Shown in pieces: positions 1-9,351 of a stretch of 41,594 bases of DNA. The translations under genes were made by a program, and so were the position numbers. Source of the DNA: Bacilli bacterium. Its GTDB lineage: Bacteria > Bacillota_I > Bacilli_A > RF39 > UBA660. Under the pieces are notes generated by a model that was not told where the DNA came from, ran no database searches, and saw nothing but the letters and a program-made list of their open reading frames with translations. Each line of letters begins with the position of its first letter. Within the stretch, counting starts at the first letter, position 1. The stretch covers positions 1-41,594 of the forward strand of contig JAFUYX010000087.1 of the NCBI GenBank assembly GCA_017476885.1, given 5' to 3'.

Positions 1-1
1 C

Positions 2-790
2 AATCGTATCTCCATTTTTAAATTCTTCATATCCTTCAATACTATACTCATCTAATACATAATTCTCTTTAGGAGAAAGATCTATTTTTAACTGATCCCC
101 TGGATAAATCTCATTACTCTCATGAATGGTCCCTATACTAGCAATTTCACTTTGAGTAGTACTCTTTCGATTGACTAAAATTTCTGAACCTTCATCTTTA
201 TCATATTTCAAAAAATACGTTCTTAATGAATAATTTGGCACAAAAATGGTACTCTCTCCAATATAGAATAATTCGATATCATCAATGACATTATCTTCTC
301 CTCCATTGATAATGGGAATTGTAATCTTCATATATTTATAGTTTGGGCAATGACGTTCTGTAATTTGCAACTCACTGTTTGTCACCTCTTCACACAACTC
401 ATCATTTTCACTACTCGTACTTTCCACCAAAATATTTTCAACATCAATTACAACATCTGTTCCTTGAAGTTCCCACTTCTCATCGCCATACGTAAGTTCC
501 CTATCCGTTAATGAAAGAGTCTTCGATAAAATGTTAACTCCATCTTGAAATTCAAAATAAATTTTTGTATGACTTCCATTCATACTCACGCTTTTCAAGG
601 GCTTACTTGTCAAATCCTGCTGTACACTTCGCATAACAGAAGCTCTTACCACTTGATTTTCTTTGGCGTAAGTAGGATGGGAAGACTCAAACTCTACATC
701 CGTGAGCAACTGAAACAAAAATAACATCACCACTGAAATCAGTGCCACACTAATGATAATCTCTATTAATGTAAAACCTTTATTGTTCAT
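2..790 (-). CDS. Prepilin-type N-terminal cleavage/methylation protein (partial, runs off the left edge)
   Basis: Not in the ORF track. Read manually: ATG at 790, MNNKG|FTLIEIIISVALISVVMLFLFQLL (class III signal peptide with E+5); frame open to the window edge. Confidence 0.85.
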   Translation of the reverse strand, partial: MNNKGFTLIEIIISVALISVVMLFLFQLLTDVEFESSHPTYAKENQVVRASVMRSVQQDLTSKPLKSVSMNGSHTKIYFEFQDGVNILSKTLSLTDRELTYGDEKWELQGTDVVIDVENILVESTSSENDELCEEVTNSELQITERHCPNYKYMKITIPIINGGEDNVIDDIELFYIGESTIFVPNYSLRTYFLKYDKDEGSEILVNRKSTTQSEIASIGTIHESNEIYPGDQLKIDLSPKENYVLDEYSIEGYEEFKNGDTI

Positions 791-827
791 AACCATCCCT
801 CTCACTTAAGCCAAATTTGAATAAAAG

Positions 828-1427
828 CTAATTAACAAAATCAATATTTGAGAAAAAATGAAAACAAGGATCCGTATCATAATTACTTTCACATCGTTCT
901 TTAGGTTCTGGAGAACCACATTTACATCCATTCTGTCTTGCCGTATATTCAATAATAATTCGATAACGAGACGAAGAGTCTTCAACTTCCGAAGAATCCA
1001 AGGTATTCAAATAAGCAAATAAATCTTTATTAGAACATAGATCATTAGCAAGACCTTGACACTTTAAAATATTAGTCAAATCATAAGGGAGAACCAAAAT
1101 CGAAGAAATCCCCAAATCTTCCCATAATTTTGAAAAAAACTTATTTTCTGAACGATACTGATCACCAAAAACATCAGATTGTCCACGATAAATATATTGA
1201 TAAGGAGTAGTGTTGGTAATTTTACTTGTGACAGTAGATAAATCAAAACTATCAAAATATTGTTTTAAATAATAAGTTTCATAAAGTTTTGCTGTATCAT
1301 CATAACGAAGCCTCTTATTCTCGTCATTTTTATTCGAAACAAAAAGAGAATACACCAGCATCAATGATGCTAAAAGAATTGCTGTCACAATAATCGTTTC
1401 AACAAACACAAAGCCTTTTTTATTCAT
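828..1427 (-). CDS. Type IV pilin-like protein (class III signal peptide)
   Basis: MNKKG|FVFVETIIVTAILL, hydrophobic helix, Cys-rich C-terminus. Confidence 0.8.
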   Translation of the reverse strand: MNKKGFVFVETIIVTAILLASLMLVYSLFVSNKNDENKRLRYDDTAKLYETYYLKQYFDSFDLSTVTSKITNTTPYQYIYRGQSDVFGDQYRSENKFFSKLWEDLGISSILVLPYDLTNILKCQGLANDLCSNKDLFAYLNTLDSSEVEDSSSRYRIIIEYTARQNGCKCGSPEPKERCESNYDTDPCFHFFSNIDFVN

Positions 1428-1491
1428 TGTTTATCATCTACCTTCTAAGTTATTATACTAAAAAAAAAGAAAGAAATCTATGATTTTCCTT

Positions 1492-2193
1492 TCATCTCAT
1501 CACCAAATTAATCAATACAGGTGCTAAAATAACCAGCAAAAGAATAGGAATAAAGAAAACAACAGACAAAATACTAATCTTAGTAGGTAACTTAGCAATC
1601 TCGCTTTTCACATCGAGCAACCTTTTATCCCTCAAAAAATCCAATTGATTATTTAAAGATTCCTCGATATTATTTCCAAAGATAGAAGCCTGAATAATAT
1701 TAGAAATGGCATTGTTAATCGTATCACTAGGAATTCTCTCTTTCATTGCAGATAAAGATTCAGAAAAGCTCTTCCCAAGCTTCATCTCATTTAGACTTTT
1801 TTCAAATTCCAAAGCCAATTCGCTATCTATGCTATGTGATGTAATTTTAAGAGCGCTCACTAAATTTTTACCACCTTGTAAAGTTAAAGAAAGAACTTCA
1901 AAAAAGAAAATAGCTTCATCTTCAAGCCTATGGGCTCGTTTTTTTATCGCGTAATCTAAAAAAAGATACTCACTTCCAAAATGAAGAATTAAAACAACCA
2001 TAGGTGCCAAAAAATAACCCTTTGCTTGAAATAAGATACAAAATAGAAAAGCAATCCCTTCAACAAGAAATCTCATATTTAGAAAATCAAACACTTGAAA
2101 TGAACAAGAACTCCCTAAAAGATGAATCTTCTTTTCAATTTTTTTGACACTCTTTTGAGAATAGATTTTTCGAAATATTCGTTTTTTATCCAT
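1492..2193 (-). CDS. tadC: Tad pilus platform protein TadC (T2SS-F domain)
   Basis: T2SS-F-like domain, C-terminal AKLPTKISILSVVFFIP helix; follows tadB. Confidence 0.85.
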   Translation of the reverse strand: MDKKRIFRKIYSQKSVKKIEKKIHLLGSSCSFQVFDFLNMRFLVEGIAFLFCILFQAKGYFLAPMVVLILHFGSEYLFLDYAIKKRAHRLEDEAIFFFEVLSLTLQGGKNLVSALKITSHSIDSELALEFEKSLNEMKLGKSFSESLSAMKERIPSDTINNAISNIIQASIFGNNIEESLNNQLDFLRDKRLLDVKSEIAKLPTKISILSVVFFIPILLLVILAPVLINLVMR

Positions 2194-3221
2194 CAGATTT
2201 TCACCTCAAGAACTTTCTTTATAACAATAATATATAAAGTGTACAATAAAAGAATCAATAAACTCAAAATATAGCCAAGAGTTGTGGTAAACATCGGTGT
2301 AAAATAATTAGGATTCAATAAATAAATCACGGCAATAAAGAGAAAAGGTAAAACACAAAGAATTCGAAAAACAAAAATAGAAGCAGCCGTTAAACTTTGC
2401 ATTTCTTGTCTTAATCTTTTCTTTTCATAAAAATTTTTTTCAATACTACCAAACACTTTAACAATATTACCACCGGTTTTATTAAGTAAAGATAAAGATG
2501 AAGTGATATACTTAGCATCTTCCAAACGAACTCGATGATAAAAACGATCAAATACCACTTCCATCGATAATCCATAAGTCATATCAAGATAAATCTTTTT
2601 AAACTCATCAGAAATAGGTCCATCAAGTTCATTCATAACAATTTCAACTGCTTGCATAATATTACGACCAGATTTAAAGGCATTATTCATCATAATAATC
2701 GCCTTTAATAAGTCCTCTTCCACTCTTTTTCTTTTTGCATGATATTCTATCCTCAAGAATAAATCAGGAACAAAGAACCCTACCCCAAAAACAAGTATCA
2801 AAGGCACCAATTGAACGATTTTAGATTGAATAATAGACCCAACAAAATAAAGAATACCAAGGAAAAATCCTGTAAAGAACTTCAAACTTACATAATCCAT
2901 ACCAGTATAAAAAGATCGACTCTCATATTGGATATGTTTTTCATATCGTCTTGCATAGTTACTTAAGAATACACTTTTTGATATTTTCTTTGATAAACAA
3001 CGAATGAACTTCCAAAAAACATCGATGATAATATCAAAAAAGGATTTCTCTGAATCATGAGTAGATAACAAAGCGAACTTTTCAAATCTTTTTTCTAGCG
3101 AAGCAATTCTTTTTTGACGTGCAAAATAAACGATCACAAGAAGAAGCAAAAATACCAATAATCCTACAACAGCAATCATTTGCCAAGAATACCTAGTCAT
3201 GTTCATCCCTCCTTTAGTCAA
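2193..3221 (-). CDS. tadB: Tad pilus platform protein TadB (T2SS-F domain)
   Basis: AFKSGRNIMQA...GPISDEF...TGGNI motifs; follows the CpaF ATPase. True start probably ATG at 3200 (GGAGG RBS). Confidence 0.85.
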   Translation of the reverse strand: MTKGGMNMTRYSWQMIAVVGLLVFLLLLVIVYFARQKRIASLEKRFEKFALLSTHDSEKSFFDIIIDVFWKFIRCLSKKISKSVFLSNYARRYEKHIQYESRSFYTGMDYVSLKFFTGFFLGILYFVGSIIQSKIVQLVPLILVFGVGFFVPDLFLRIEYHAKRKRVEEDLLKAIIMMNNAFKSGRNIMQAVEIVMNELDGPISDEFKKIYLDMTYGLSMEVVFDRFYHRVRLEDAKYITSSLSLLNKTGGNIVKVFGSIEKNFYEKKRLRQEMQSLTAASIFVFRILCVLPFLFIAVIYLLNPNYFTPMFTTTLGYILSLLILLLYTLYIIVIKKVLEVKI

Positions 3222-4568
3222 TTATTTTTTTATTTTTGGAAACATAAAATCAATTTCTTGAATTCCTCGAGCCTTAATTTTTTGATATACTTTTGGAACT
3301 TTTTGGTCATATAAAATGTATTCCCCATCCACTTCTCCAGTTTCAGTCAATCCATGTTGATGAAAAGCAAAAATCTCATGAAGTTCAATTTCACCATTTT
3401 CTAAAGATTCCAGTTCAGAAATAGAAGTAATTTTTCTCTTTCCATCACTCATTCTCTCAATGTTAACCACAAGGTCAATGGCAGAAACAATATACTCTCG
3501 AATGGCTTTCATAGGAATATCTAACCCAGACATTAATACCATCGTTTCTAATCGATTTAAAGCATCCTTAGCTCCATTCGCATGCAATGTTGTTAAAGAA
3601 CCTTCATGCCCGGTATTCATCGCTTGTAACATATCAAAAGCTTCTTTTCCTCTTACTTCTCCTACAATAATTCGATCGGGTCTCATTCGAAGAGCATTAA
3701 TGACTAAATCTCGAATAGTAACCTCTGTTTCATTATCATAATTAGTAACTCTTGTTTCAAGAGAAATCACATGTTCCTTCTCTAGCCTTAACTCTGCAGC
3801 ATCTTCTATCGTAATAATTCTCTCATCACTGGGAATAAAACCACTTAAAATATTTAATAAAGTTGTTTTTCCAGAGCCAGTTCCTCCACAAACAACAATA
3901 TTACACTTTCCTCTAACTGCCGCATCTAAAAACATAGCCATATAAGGAGTCATAGAACCAATTCGAATCATATCCTCCGCACTGGTCATTTCACTCTTAA
4001 ACTTTCGAATGGTAATAACAGGACCTTTCGTGGACAAAGGAGGAATTACCGCATTAATTCTAGAACCATCTTTTAATCTAGAATCCACCATAGGATTAGT
4101 CGCATCAATCGTCCTTCCCGTTGGGGCAATTAATCTCTCAATGGTGCGTATAATATGTTCATCATTAATGAATGAAACAGACTCATCTTTCACCAACTGT
4201 CCATCAATTTCAATATAGATTTCTTTAGGACTATTAACCATAATCTCAGTAATATTTTTATCTTCTAATAATTCAGTTAAAGGACCATACCCATTAATTT
4301 CATTATCAATCAAATTATAAAGATGACTTCTCTCCAAATTAGATAAATCATAGCCTTCAATTGTTTTATCAATCTCATCATTAATAAATTGATTTAATAA
4401 TTTATCTTGTGGAACTTCTTGATCAATTAAATTTTCAACAATTTGAGTTCGTAAAGAATCTAAAAGTTCTTTATCTTGAAACATTTCATAATCACTAGTA
4501 ATAGGAACATGACCTTGTTTCCGTTCAATATTAAAAGCATCAACTAAACTAGTTTTCCTCATTTTCAT
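3222..4568 (-). CDS. cpaF: Tad pilus assembly ATPase CpaF/TadA
   Basis: Walker A GGTGSGKTT, IEDAAEL, LRMRPDRIIVGEVRG, MNTGHEGSLTTLHAN. Confidence 0.95.
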   Translation of the reverse strand: MKMRKTSLVDAFNIERKQGHVPITSDYEMFQDKELLDSLRTQIVENLIDQEVPQDKLLNQFINDEIDKTIEGYDLSNLERSHLYNLIDNEINGYGPLTELLEDKNITEIMVNSPKEIYIEIDGQLVKDESVSFINDEHIIRTIERLIAPTGRTIDATNPMVDSRLKDGSRINAVIPPLSTKGPVITIRKFKSEMTSAEDMIRIGSMTPYMAMFLDAAVRGKCNIVVCGGTGSGKTTLLNILSGFIPSDERIITIEDAAELRLEKEHVISLETRVTNYDNETEVTIRDLVINALRMRPDRIIVGEVRGKEAFDMLQAMNTGHEGSLTTLHANGAKDALNRLETMVLMSGLDIPMKAIREYIVSAIDLVVNIERMSDGKRKITSISELESLENGEIELHEIFAFHQHGLTETGEVDGEYILYDQKVPKVYQKIKARGIQEIDFMFPKIKK

Positions 4569-5331
4569 TCACCTCTTCATGACCAAGTAAATCAATTCCT
4601 AAATGAACCATAGTAGTATAATCCTTATTAAAAATATTGAGAGCTTTTTCTTGAAGTGTAACAATTTTACCATTCATAACATAAGAATCCATGTTTTTTA
4701 AATAAAATTCAGTTGATACTTCATAATCAATATTTGCTTTTATAATACTTTTCATATCAAACAAGGAAAAATACTTCTTGAAAGGATCTTTGGCAGAATA
4801 CAAAAGTATTTTATAGTTTTCTTTCCCCAAATCTTTAAAAACTGAAATGATACTCTTAATATTCTTTAAATCCATTGGATCATTATTTACCACAAACAAA
4901 ACCGTAGAAACAAGATCCAGTAAAACCAAATTAATTTCATTTAAAACATGACTCATATCAACAAGAACCACATCATAATAAACCACTGCTCGCTCCAAGG
5001 CCATTTCAACATATTTAGAATCAATCTTAGAGGCCTGTCTTGGATCTTTAGGACAAGCTAAGAAATCAATTTTAGAATCATAACTAGTCACATAATCAAA
5101 AAAATCTTTATAACGATTATTATTATAATCATCAACAAAATGATAAATTGTTTTACTTACAGGTTTGTTAAGAGCCAAAGAGACATTCCCACCAGACAAA
5201 TCCATATCCATAATCAGCACTTTTTTTCCTAAAGACTCATAGATACCGGCAAGATTTAAAGCCATAGTCGTTTTACCGACTCCACCTTTGCCAGAAAAAA
5301 AGCCAATACTTTTTCCAAACTTTTTCTTCAT
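4549..5331 (-). CDS. cpaE: MinD/ParA-like ATPase CpaE/TadZ (no receiver domain)
   Basis: Deviant Walker A SGKGGVGKTT, MDMD; directly upstream of cpaF. Confidence 0.75.
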   Translation of the reverse strand: MKKKFGKSIGFFSGKGGVGKTTMALNLAGIYESLGKKVLIMDMDLSGGNVSLALNKPVSKTIYHFVDDYNNNRYKDFFDYVTSYDSKIDFLACPKDPRQASKIDSKYVEMALERAVVYYDVVLVDMSHVLNEINLVLLDLVSTVLFVVNNDPMDLKNIKSIISVFKDLGKENYKILLYSAKDPFKKYFSLFDMKSIIKANIDYEVSTEFYLKNMDSYVMNGKIVTLQEKALNIFNKDYTTMVHLGIDLLGHEEVNENEEN

Positions 5332-5717
5332 GCTAGTCTCCCCTTCTCAATTTTTTTAAGAACAAATTCCCCTTTTTCTTGTATCCCCACATAATGAAGA
5401 ACCATTTCATAATCTTCAATTCCAATAATACTTCCAAAAATTGAAGATATCTTTTTGTTAATAAGCACTTCCACATCATTTTCATAAGAAACTTGATATT
5501 CATTTTCCAAGATTTGATTGAGTTCAAATACTCTTTTTAAACTCTCCACATCTTTCTGATTCAAACACGCCCTCATTCCTTCCTCCATAATGCTTCGATA
5601 CTCTATTTTCTTTGTATGAACAAGTCCAATATCAACTACTAAAGCAAGAAGTAAAATAAGAATGGGAATTAAAATCACAAAAAGAATTAATGTTTGTCCC
5701 TTACGATTCATTTTCAA
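5328..5717 (-). CDS. TadE/TadG-like minor pilin
   Basis: RKG|QTLILFVILIPILILLLALVVDIG prepilin motif. Confidence 0.8.
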   Translation of the reverse strand: MKMNRKGQTLILFVILIPILILLLALVVDIGLVHTKKIEYRSIMEEGMRACLNQKDVESLKRVFELNQILENEYQVSYENDVEVLINKKISSIFGSIIGIEDYEMVLHYVGIQEKGEFVLKKIEKGRLA

Positions 5718-6060
5718 TCACTCGCTTTGCTTCAAGTCGGCAAGGATTTCCTAAGATGATTCCTAAACCAGGAGTAACAATATCAATCTCTTTTTGAACA
5801 ACAAGGGTTAACGTTTGATCTTCATTCTTTTGAATTTCAAAGTTCAAAGTGCGATCTTGTTTTTTTAATTTTGCAGAAATTTCTTCATAAGATTCATGAT
5901 GACGATGCATATCTAGAACTTCACTCAGTTCACTTTCTATTTCTGTCTTTGTAAGAATGACTTTTCCGATATCAATAATTCCAAGCAAAAGAAAAATAAA
6001 GATTGGTAATAATATGACAAATTCAATTAATGCTTGACCCCTTTTATTCATGCTTGTCAC
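5701..6060 (-). CDS. tadE: TadE-like minor pilin
   Basis: KRG|QALIEFVILLPIFIFLLLGIIDIG motif. Confidence 0.85.
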   Translation of the reverse strand: MTSMNKRGQALIEFVILLPIFIFLLLGIIDIGKVILTKTEIESELSEVLDMHRHHESYEEISAKLKKQDRTLNFEIQKNEDQTLTLVVQKEIDIVTPGLGIILGNPCRLEAKRVIENES

Positions 6061-6063
6061 CTC

Positions 6064-6294
6064 TTAATGATTACCTTCATTTTGCCGTTTTTCGAATTCT
6101 TCCTTCGTAATACATGTAGCTTCTCCAAGATTTGTTCCTTCTACATAAACCTTATCTACTAACGAACAAGAAGATTTAGTAATCGCATCTTTCAAAAATC
6201 CCCCAAAATAAGAGACTAAGCTAACCGCAATCACACTAATCAACGCAACAATCAAAACATACTCAACAAGTGCCTGACCCCGGTTATTATTCAT
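6064..6294 (-). CDS. flp: Flp family major pilin
   Basis: 76 aa, RG|QALVEYVLIVALI Flp motif; first gene of the operon. Confidence 0.85.
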   Translation of the reverse strand: MNNNRGQALVEYVLIVALISVIAVSLVSYFGGFLKDAITKSSCSLVDKVYVEGTNLGEATCITKEEFEKRQNEGNH

Positions 6295-6357
6295 GTTCCT
6301 ACACTTCCCTTATTATATATTTATTATAACAAAAAAAAAAGAAGATAACAACCTCTT

Positions 6358-6864
6358 TTAATCCATATGATGGAACACTGCCATCATATTAAAGAAAAAT
6401 AACATAATAATTCCTAACTGCATTACTGCCTTATAACGATACATCTCATGAGTAGCCACAATTTTATCAGAAATCCCAACCACAAAACTCTCCTTATATT
6501 TAGGAATTTTTCCCTTCAAAGGAAACATATGGGAAACAATTGCATTCTCTTGACGTTCATTTAATTCAAAATAACGTTTTGAATTTTGCAAAGCTATTTT
6601 AGGATGTTCTACTAATGTCTTTCTTTTATTAAAATTTATTAATTCGGCATCAAAGTAAAAGTCATGCAATAATCCTGCTCTAGTAATACTCTTATAATCT
6701 AAATTCATTGCTTTAGAAAGATTATATGAAGTCTTTGCAACACGAAGACTATGCTCATAACGACTAATTCCATGATGAAGTTCACTCTTTAATTTTATAA
6801 ACTCAGGATGAGTTAAAATATCTCTAGTAATACTTTCAAACTCTTGTTTATTTTTCTTGCTCAT
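6358..6864 (-). CDS. HD domain phosphohydrolase
   Basis: RYEHSLRVA, GLLHDF, EHP, SHMFP, SDK motifs. Confidence 0.9.
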   Translation of the reverse strand: MSKKNKQEFESITRDILTHPEFIKLKSELHHGISRYEHSLRVAKTSYNLSKAMNLDYKSITRAGLLHDFYFDAELINFNKRKTLVEHPKIALQNSKRYFELNERQENAIVSHMFPLKGKIPKYKESFVVGISDKIVATHEMYRYKAVMQLGIIMLFFFNMMAVFHHMD

Positions 6865-7029
6865 TTCCTAGTCAATCACCTCGTACCTTGTTAGTATATC
6901 ATATTTCATAAAAAATGCAAATATGTCTTTCATCTTCAAAAAAAGAAATCAAAAATTTTCTGGATGATGAAAACACTGAACGATACTAACTGAAAAAAAC
7001 ATGAATGATTATTCTGGAAATATCCTCAT

Positions 7030-7221
7030 TTAACCCTTAAGTGATAACTTTTTTGAAACTCTCTTTTTCCTCATATTTTCAATTGTAATCTTTGAAGCAT
7101 AACTTGTTGCCTTGATTAACTCATCATAAATAAAAGTAATTTGTTCAAAAGTCGCCGGTTCCGCATAAGTTGCTTCCACATTTCCTTTTGTAATATTGAA
7201 TACGATATCCATATCAGGCAC
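7030..7221 (-). pseudogene. Probable gene remnant or small hypothetical protein
   Basis: 63-aa ORF with GTG start, no clear RBS, basic C-terminal tail; next to the islet boundary. Confidence 0.3.
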
Positions 7222-7413
7222 TTTTTTTTAAAATTTAAAAACTAACATTTCTGTTAGTAATTTATACCTCTCGAACTTTAAAAGTTTGAATTTCTTATAA
7301 ATTTGGTGCGAGTGTCGTAGTAATCTACAACTTTCTCACAAAGACGATTGATATTAGATTCAATCTCTAAATTCATTTTAATATAGAAAATAAATAGCAA
7401 CAAAATTATGCTA

Positions 7414-8202
7414 CTATTTTCTTTTTTTGGTTAAAGTTGGTCCATTTTCAGTATGTGATTTTTGTGTTGTTTGTTGTTTTTCTAGTAATTCATTTTTTAA
7501 ATTTTCTAATGCTTGTTTTTTGGCTCTAATACTTTGTAAAGTTTTAGCAACTTCTTCTTTTTTATCATCTGAACTATGACTTAAATCTAAATTAGTGTTA
7601 TTTCGTAGTGCATTTGCAAAACTTTCTTTGTCACCATATTTTTCTATTCCTGCTGAAACGATATTTCTCAACGCCTCAATAACTTTTTTCTTTTGTTCAT
7701 CTACTGTTAATCTAGAAGCATCCCCAATAACTTTTAAAATTGTCATATTTTCTAATGAATCATCGATTTCGTAAAATATCTCACTTTGTTCTGTTTCAGT
7801 CTCAATTTTTATTGAAGAAGCTTTTAATAATCTTATTTCAGCATTTAATGGAATAAGAAGAGCATTTAATCCAGTTGGTTTTTTTTGATATTCTTGCTTT
7901 TCTATTTCTGACATTTCTTCTAATACATCCATCACATTTAATTGATCCAATATCAGAGGTCTAGCATTATTATATTGAATTGTTCTTTGAAAAACTAGCA
8001 TAATGTTAAATATTGGTATTAACATTAATAAAAGTGCATCCTTTGATGCATTTGGATTTAATTGTTTACTTAATTCTGACAATCTTCTTATATCAATTTT
8101 ATATCCAGCATCAGCAACATCCTTAAACATTCTCAATCCATTTGACATTTCCAAGCCAAAACTTGTAATACTTGTACATAACCATAAAATTAAAAGTCCC
8201 AT
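7414..8202 (-). CDS. Hypothetical membrane protein (islet cargo)
   Basis: ORF track 7414..8259; start refined to ATG 8202 with AAGGAG RBS; hydrophobic segments, charged C-terminus ending GPTLTKKRK. Confidence 0.75.
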   Translation of the reverse strand: MGLLILWLCTSITSFGLEMSNGLRMFKDVADAGYKIDIRRLSELSKQLNPNASKDALLLMLIPIFNIMLVFQRTIQYNNARPLILDQLNVMDVLEEMSEIEKQEYQKKPTGLNALLIPLNAEIRLLKASSIKIETETEQSEIFYEIDDSLENMTILKVIGDASRLTVDEQKKKVIEALRNIVSAGIEKYGDKESFANALRNNTNLDLSHSSDDKKEEVAKTLQSIRAKKQALENLKNELLEKQQTTQKSHTENGPTLTKKRK

Positions 8203-8230
8203 AATAAATTTCTCCTTTGAATTAGGCCAT

Positions 8231-8259
8231 ATAATAACACATGTACATATATTTGTCAA
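8231..8259 (-). promoter_or_regulatory. SigA-type promoter of the islet gene
   Basis: TTGACA (8259-8254), 17 nt, TATTAT (8236-8231) with extended TG. Confidence 0.65.
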
Positions 8260-8689
8260 AATTTCATTTCTTTGAGTTTAGATTTTTCATAAAAAACCTA
8301 AACTCAAATTAATTTTACATTGATTGCAGAACAATAGTTTGATATCATTTTATTAGGAACATTTGATAAGTTGGGTGGAGCCAAACTTCTTGAAAAGAAG
8401 GGAGGCGAGAAAATGAACAAGAAGGATTTTTTAATTCTATCTCTAGTAATTATTATCTTCCTTTTACTATTACTGCTATTTATAGTTTTAATATAAAAGA
8501 AATCCACCTAACTAAGCATTAGTTTAGGTGGAAACATAAAATTTTTATGGCAACACTCAACATGTGACTATTAAGTGTTCCTTTAATATTGTATGAAGTT
8601 TCCTTCATCTATATACAGAATAACATAAAAACGACTTTTTCGCAAGTCGTTTTACTTTTAACTCGAAAAGTTCGAGTTTCCTATCAATC

Positions 8690-8763
8690 TGGTGCCGCAT
8701 AACAGAATTGAACTGATCTCTCATGCTTACCATGCATGCGTACTACCACTGTACTAAAGCGGC
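8690..8763 (-). tRNA. tRNA-Thr(GGT)
   Basis: GCCGCTT TA GTAC AGTGGTA GTAC G CATGC ATGGTAA GCATG AGAG ATCAG TTCAATT CTGTT ATGCGGC ACCA: cloverleaf, encoded CCA; T-T mismatches in acceptor and T stems. Confidence 0.9.
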
Positions 8764-8897
8764 CTACAAAAATACTATCATATTCTTAAGGAAAAGAAAA
8801 GCAAAAACTGCCTACTTGACAGTTTTTATGTATTTTTTATTGTGTAAAGACATAAAATTTGCTATGATAAAGCCAAGAAAGGAGGAGTTTCGAGTTT

Positions 8898-9326
8898 ATG
8901 TATCCAACAACAACTAGTTATTATCGTGGAGCTGAAATTGGAGTATGGGGTATTGTGAGTATCATTCTTGCTATTTGTGGAGGAATTGTTCTATACTTTA
9001 CATTCTTAAGTCCAAAAAATGCGGATAAATATACAGGTTTTACAAAAAAATTATATGATTTTTTATCATTTAGAATTATGTCATTAGAAATGATTCTAAA
9101 AATTGCATATTTAATTGCTGCATTATTTATCACATTGAGTTCATTCTCTGTAATTTCAACGAGTTTCATAGCATTCATTCTATATTTATTCATTGGAAAT
9201 ATTTTAATCCGTCTAATGTTTGAAGGTTCTATCTTAATTCTAATGATCTATCGTCGTTTAGGAGATATTCATGATGCTTTAAAAACTCCAACAAAGAAAG
9301 CAGAACAAGCAAAAGAAGAAAAATAA
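8898..9326 (+). CDS. Hypothetical membrane protein
   Basis: AGGAGG RBS, about three hydrophobic helices. Confidence 0.8.
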   Translation: MYPTTTSYYRGAEIGVWGIVSIILAICGGIVLYFTFLSPKNADKYTGFTKKLYDFLSFRIMSLEMILKIAYLIAALFITLSSFSVISTSFIAFILYLFIGNILIRLMFEGSILILMIYRRLGDIHDALKTPTKKAEQAKEEK

Positions 9327-9351
9327 GTTCAGAAAATGAACTTATTTTTTT
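9321..9351. terminator. Bidirectional intrinsic terminator between convergent genes
   Basis: AAAATAAGTTC-agaaaat-GAACTTATTTT inverted repeat. Confidence 0.7.

Larger units (their letters stand above)
7280..8695. mobile_element. Small tRNA-Thr-anchored islet bounded by imperfect 30-bp direct repeats
   Basis: 7280-7309 AAAAGTTTGAATTTCTTATAAATTTGGTGC vs 8666-8695 AAAAGTTCGAGTTTCCTATCAATCTGGTGC (25/30); the latter overlaps the tRNA 3' end. No integrase inside. Confidence 0.45.

Noticed and set aside
8304-8507. 67-aa minus ORF in the islet
   Set aside because: Low-complexity, no motif; a small gene on either strand cannot be excluded but is unsupported.
8723-8917. 64-aa + strand ORF
   Set aside because: Overlaps the tRNA antisense and the promoter region of the next gene.
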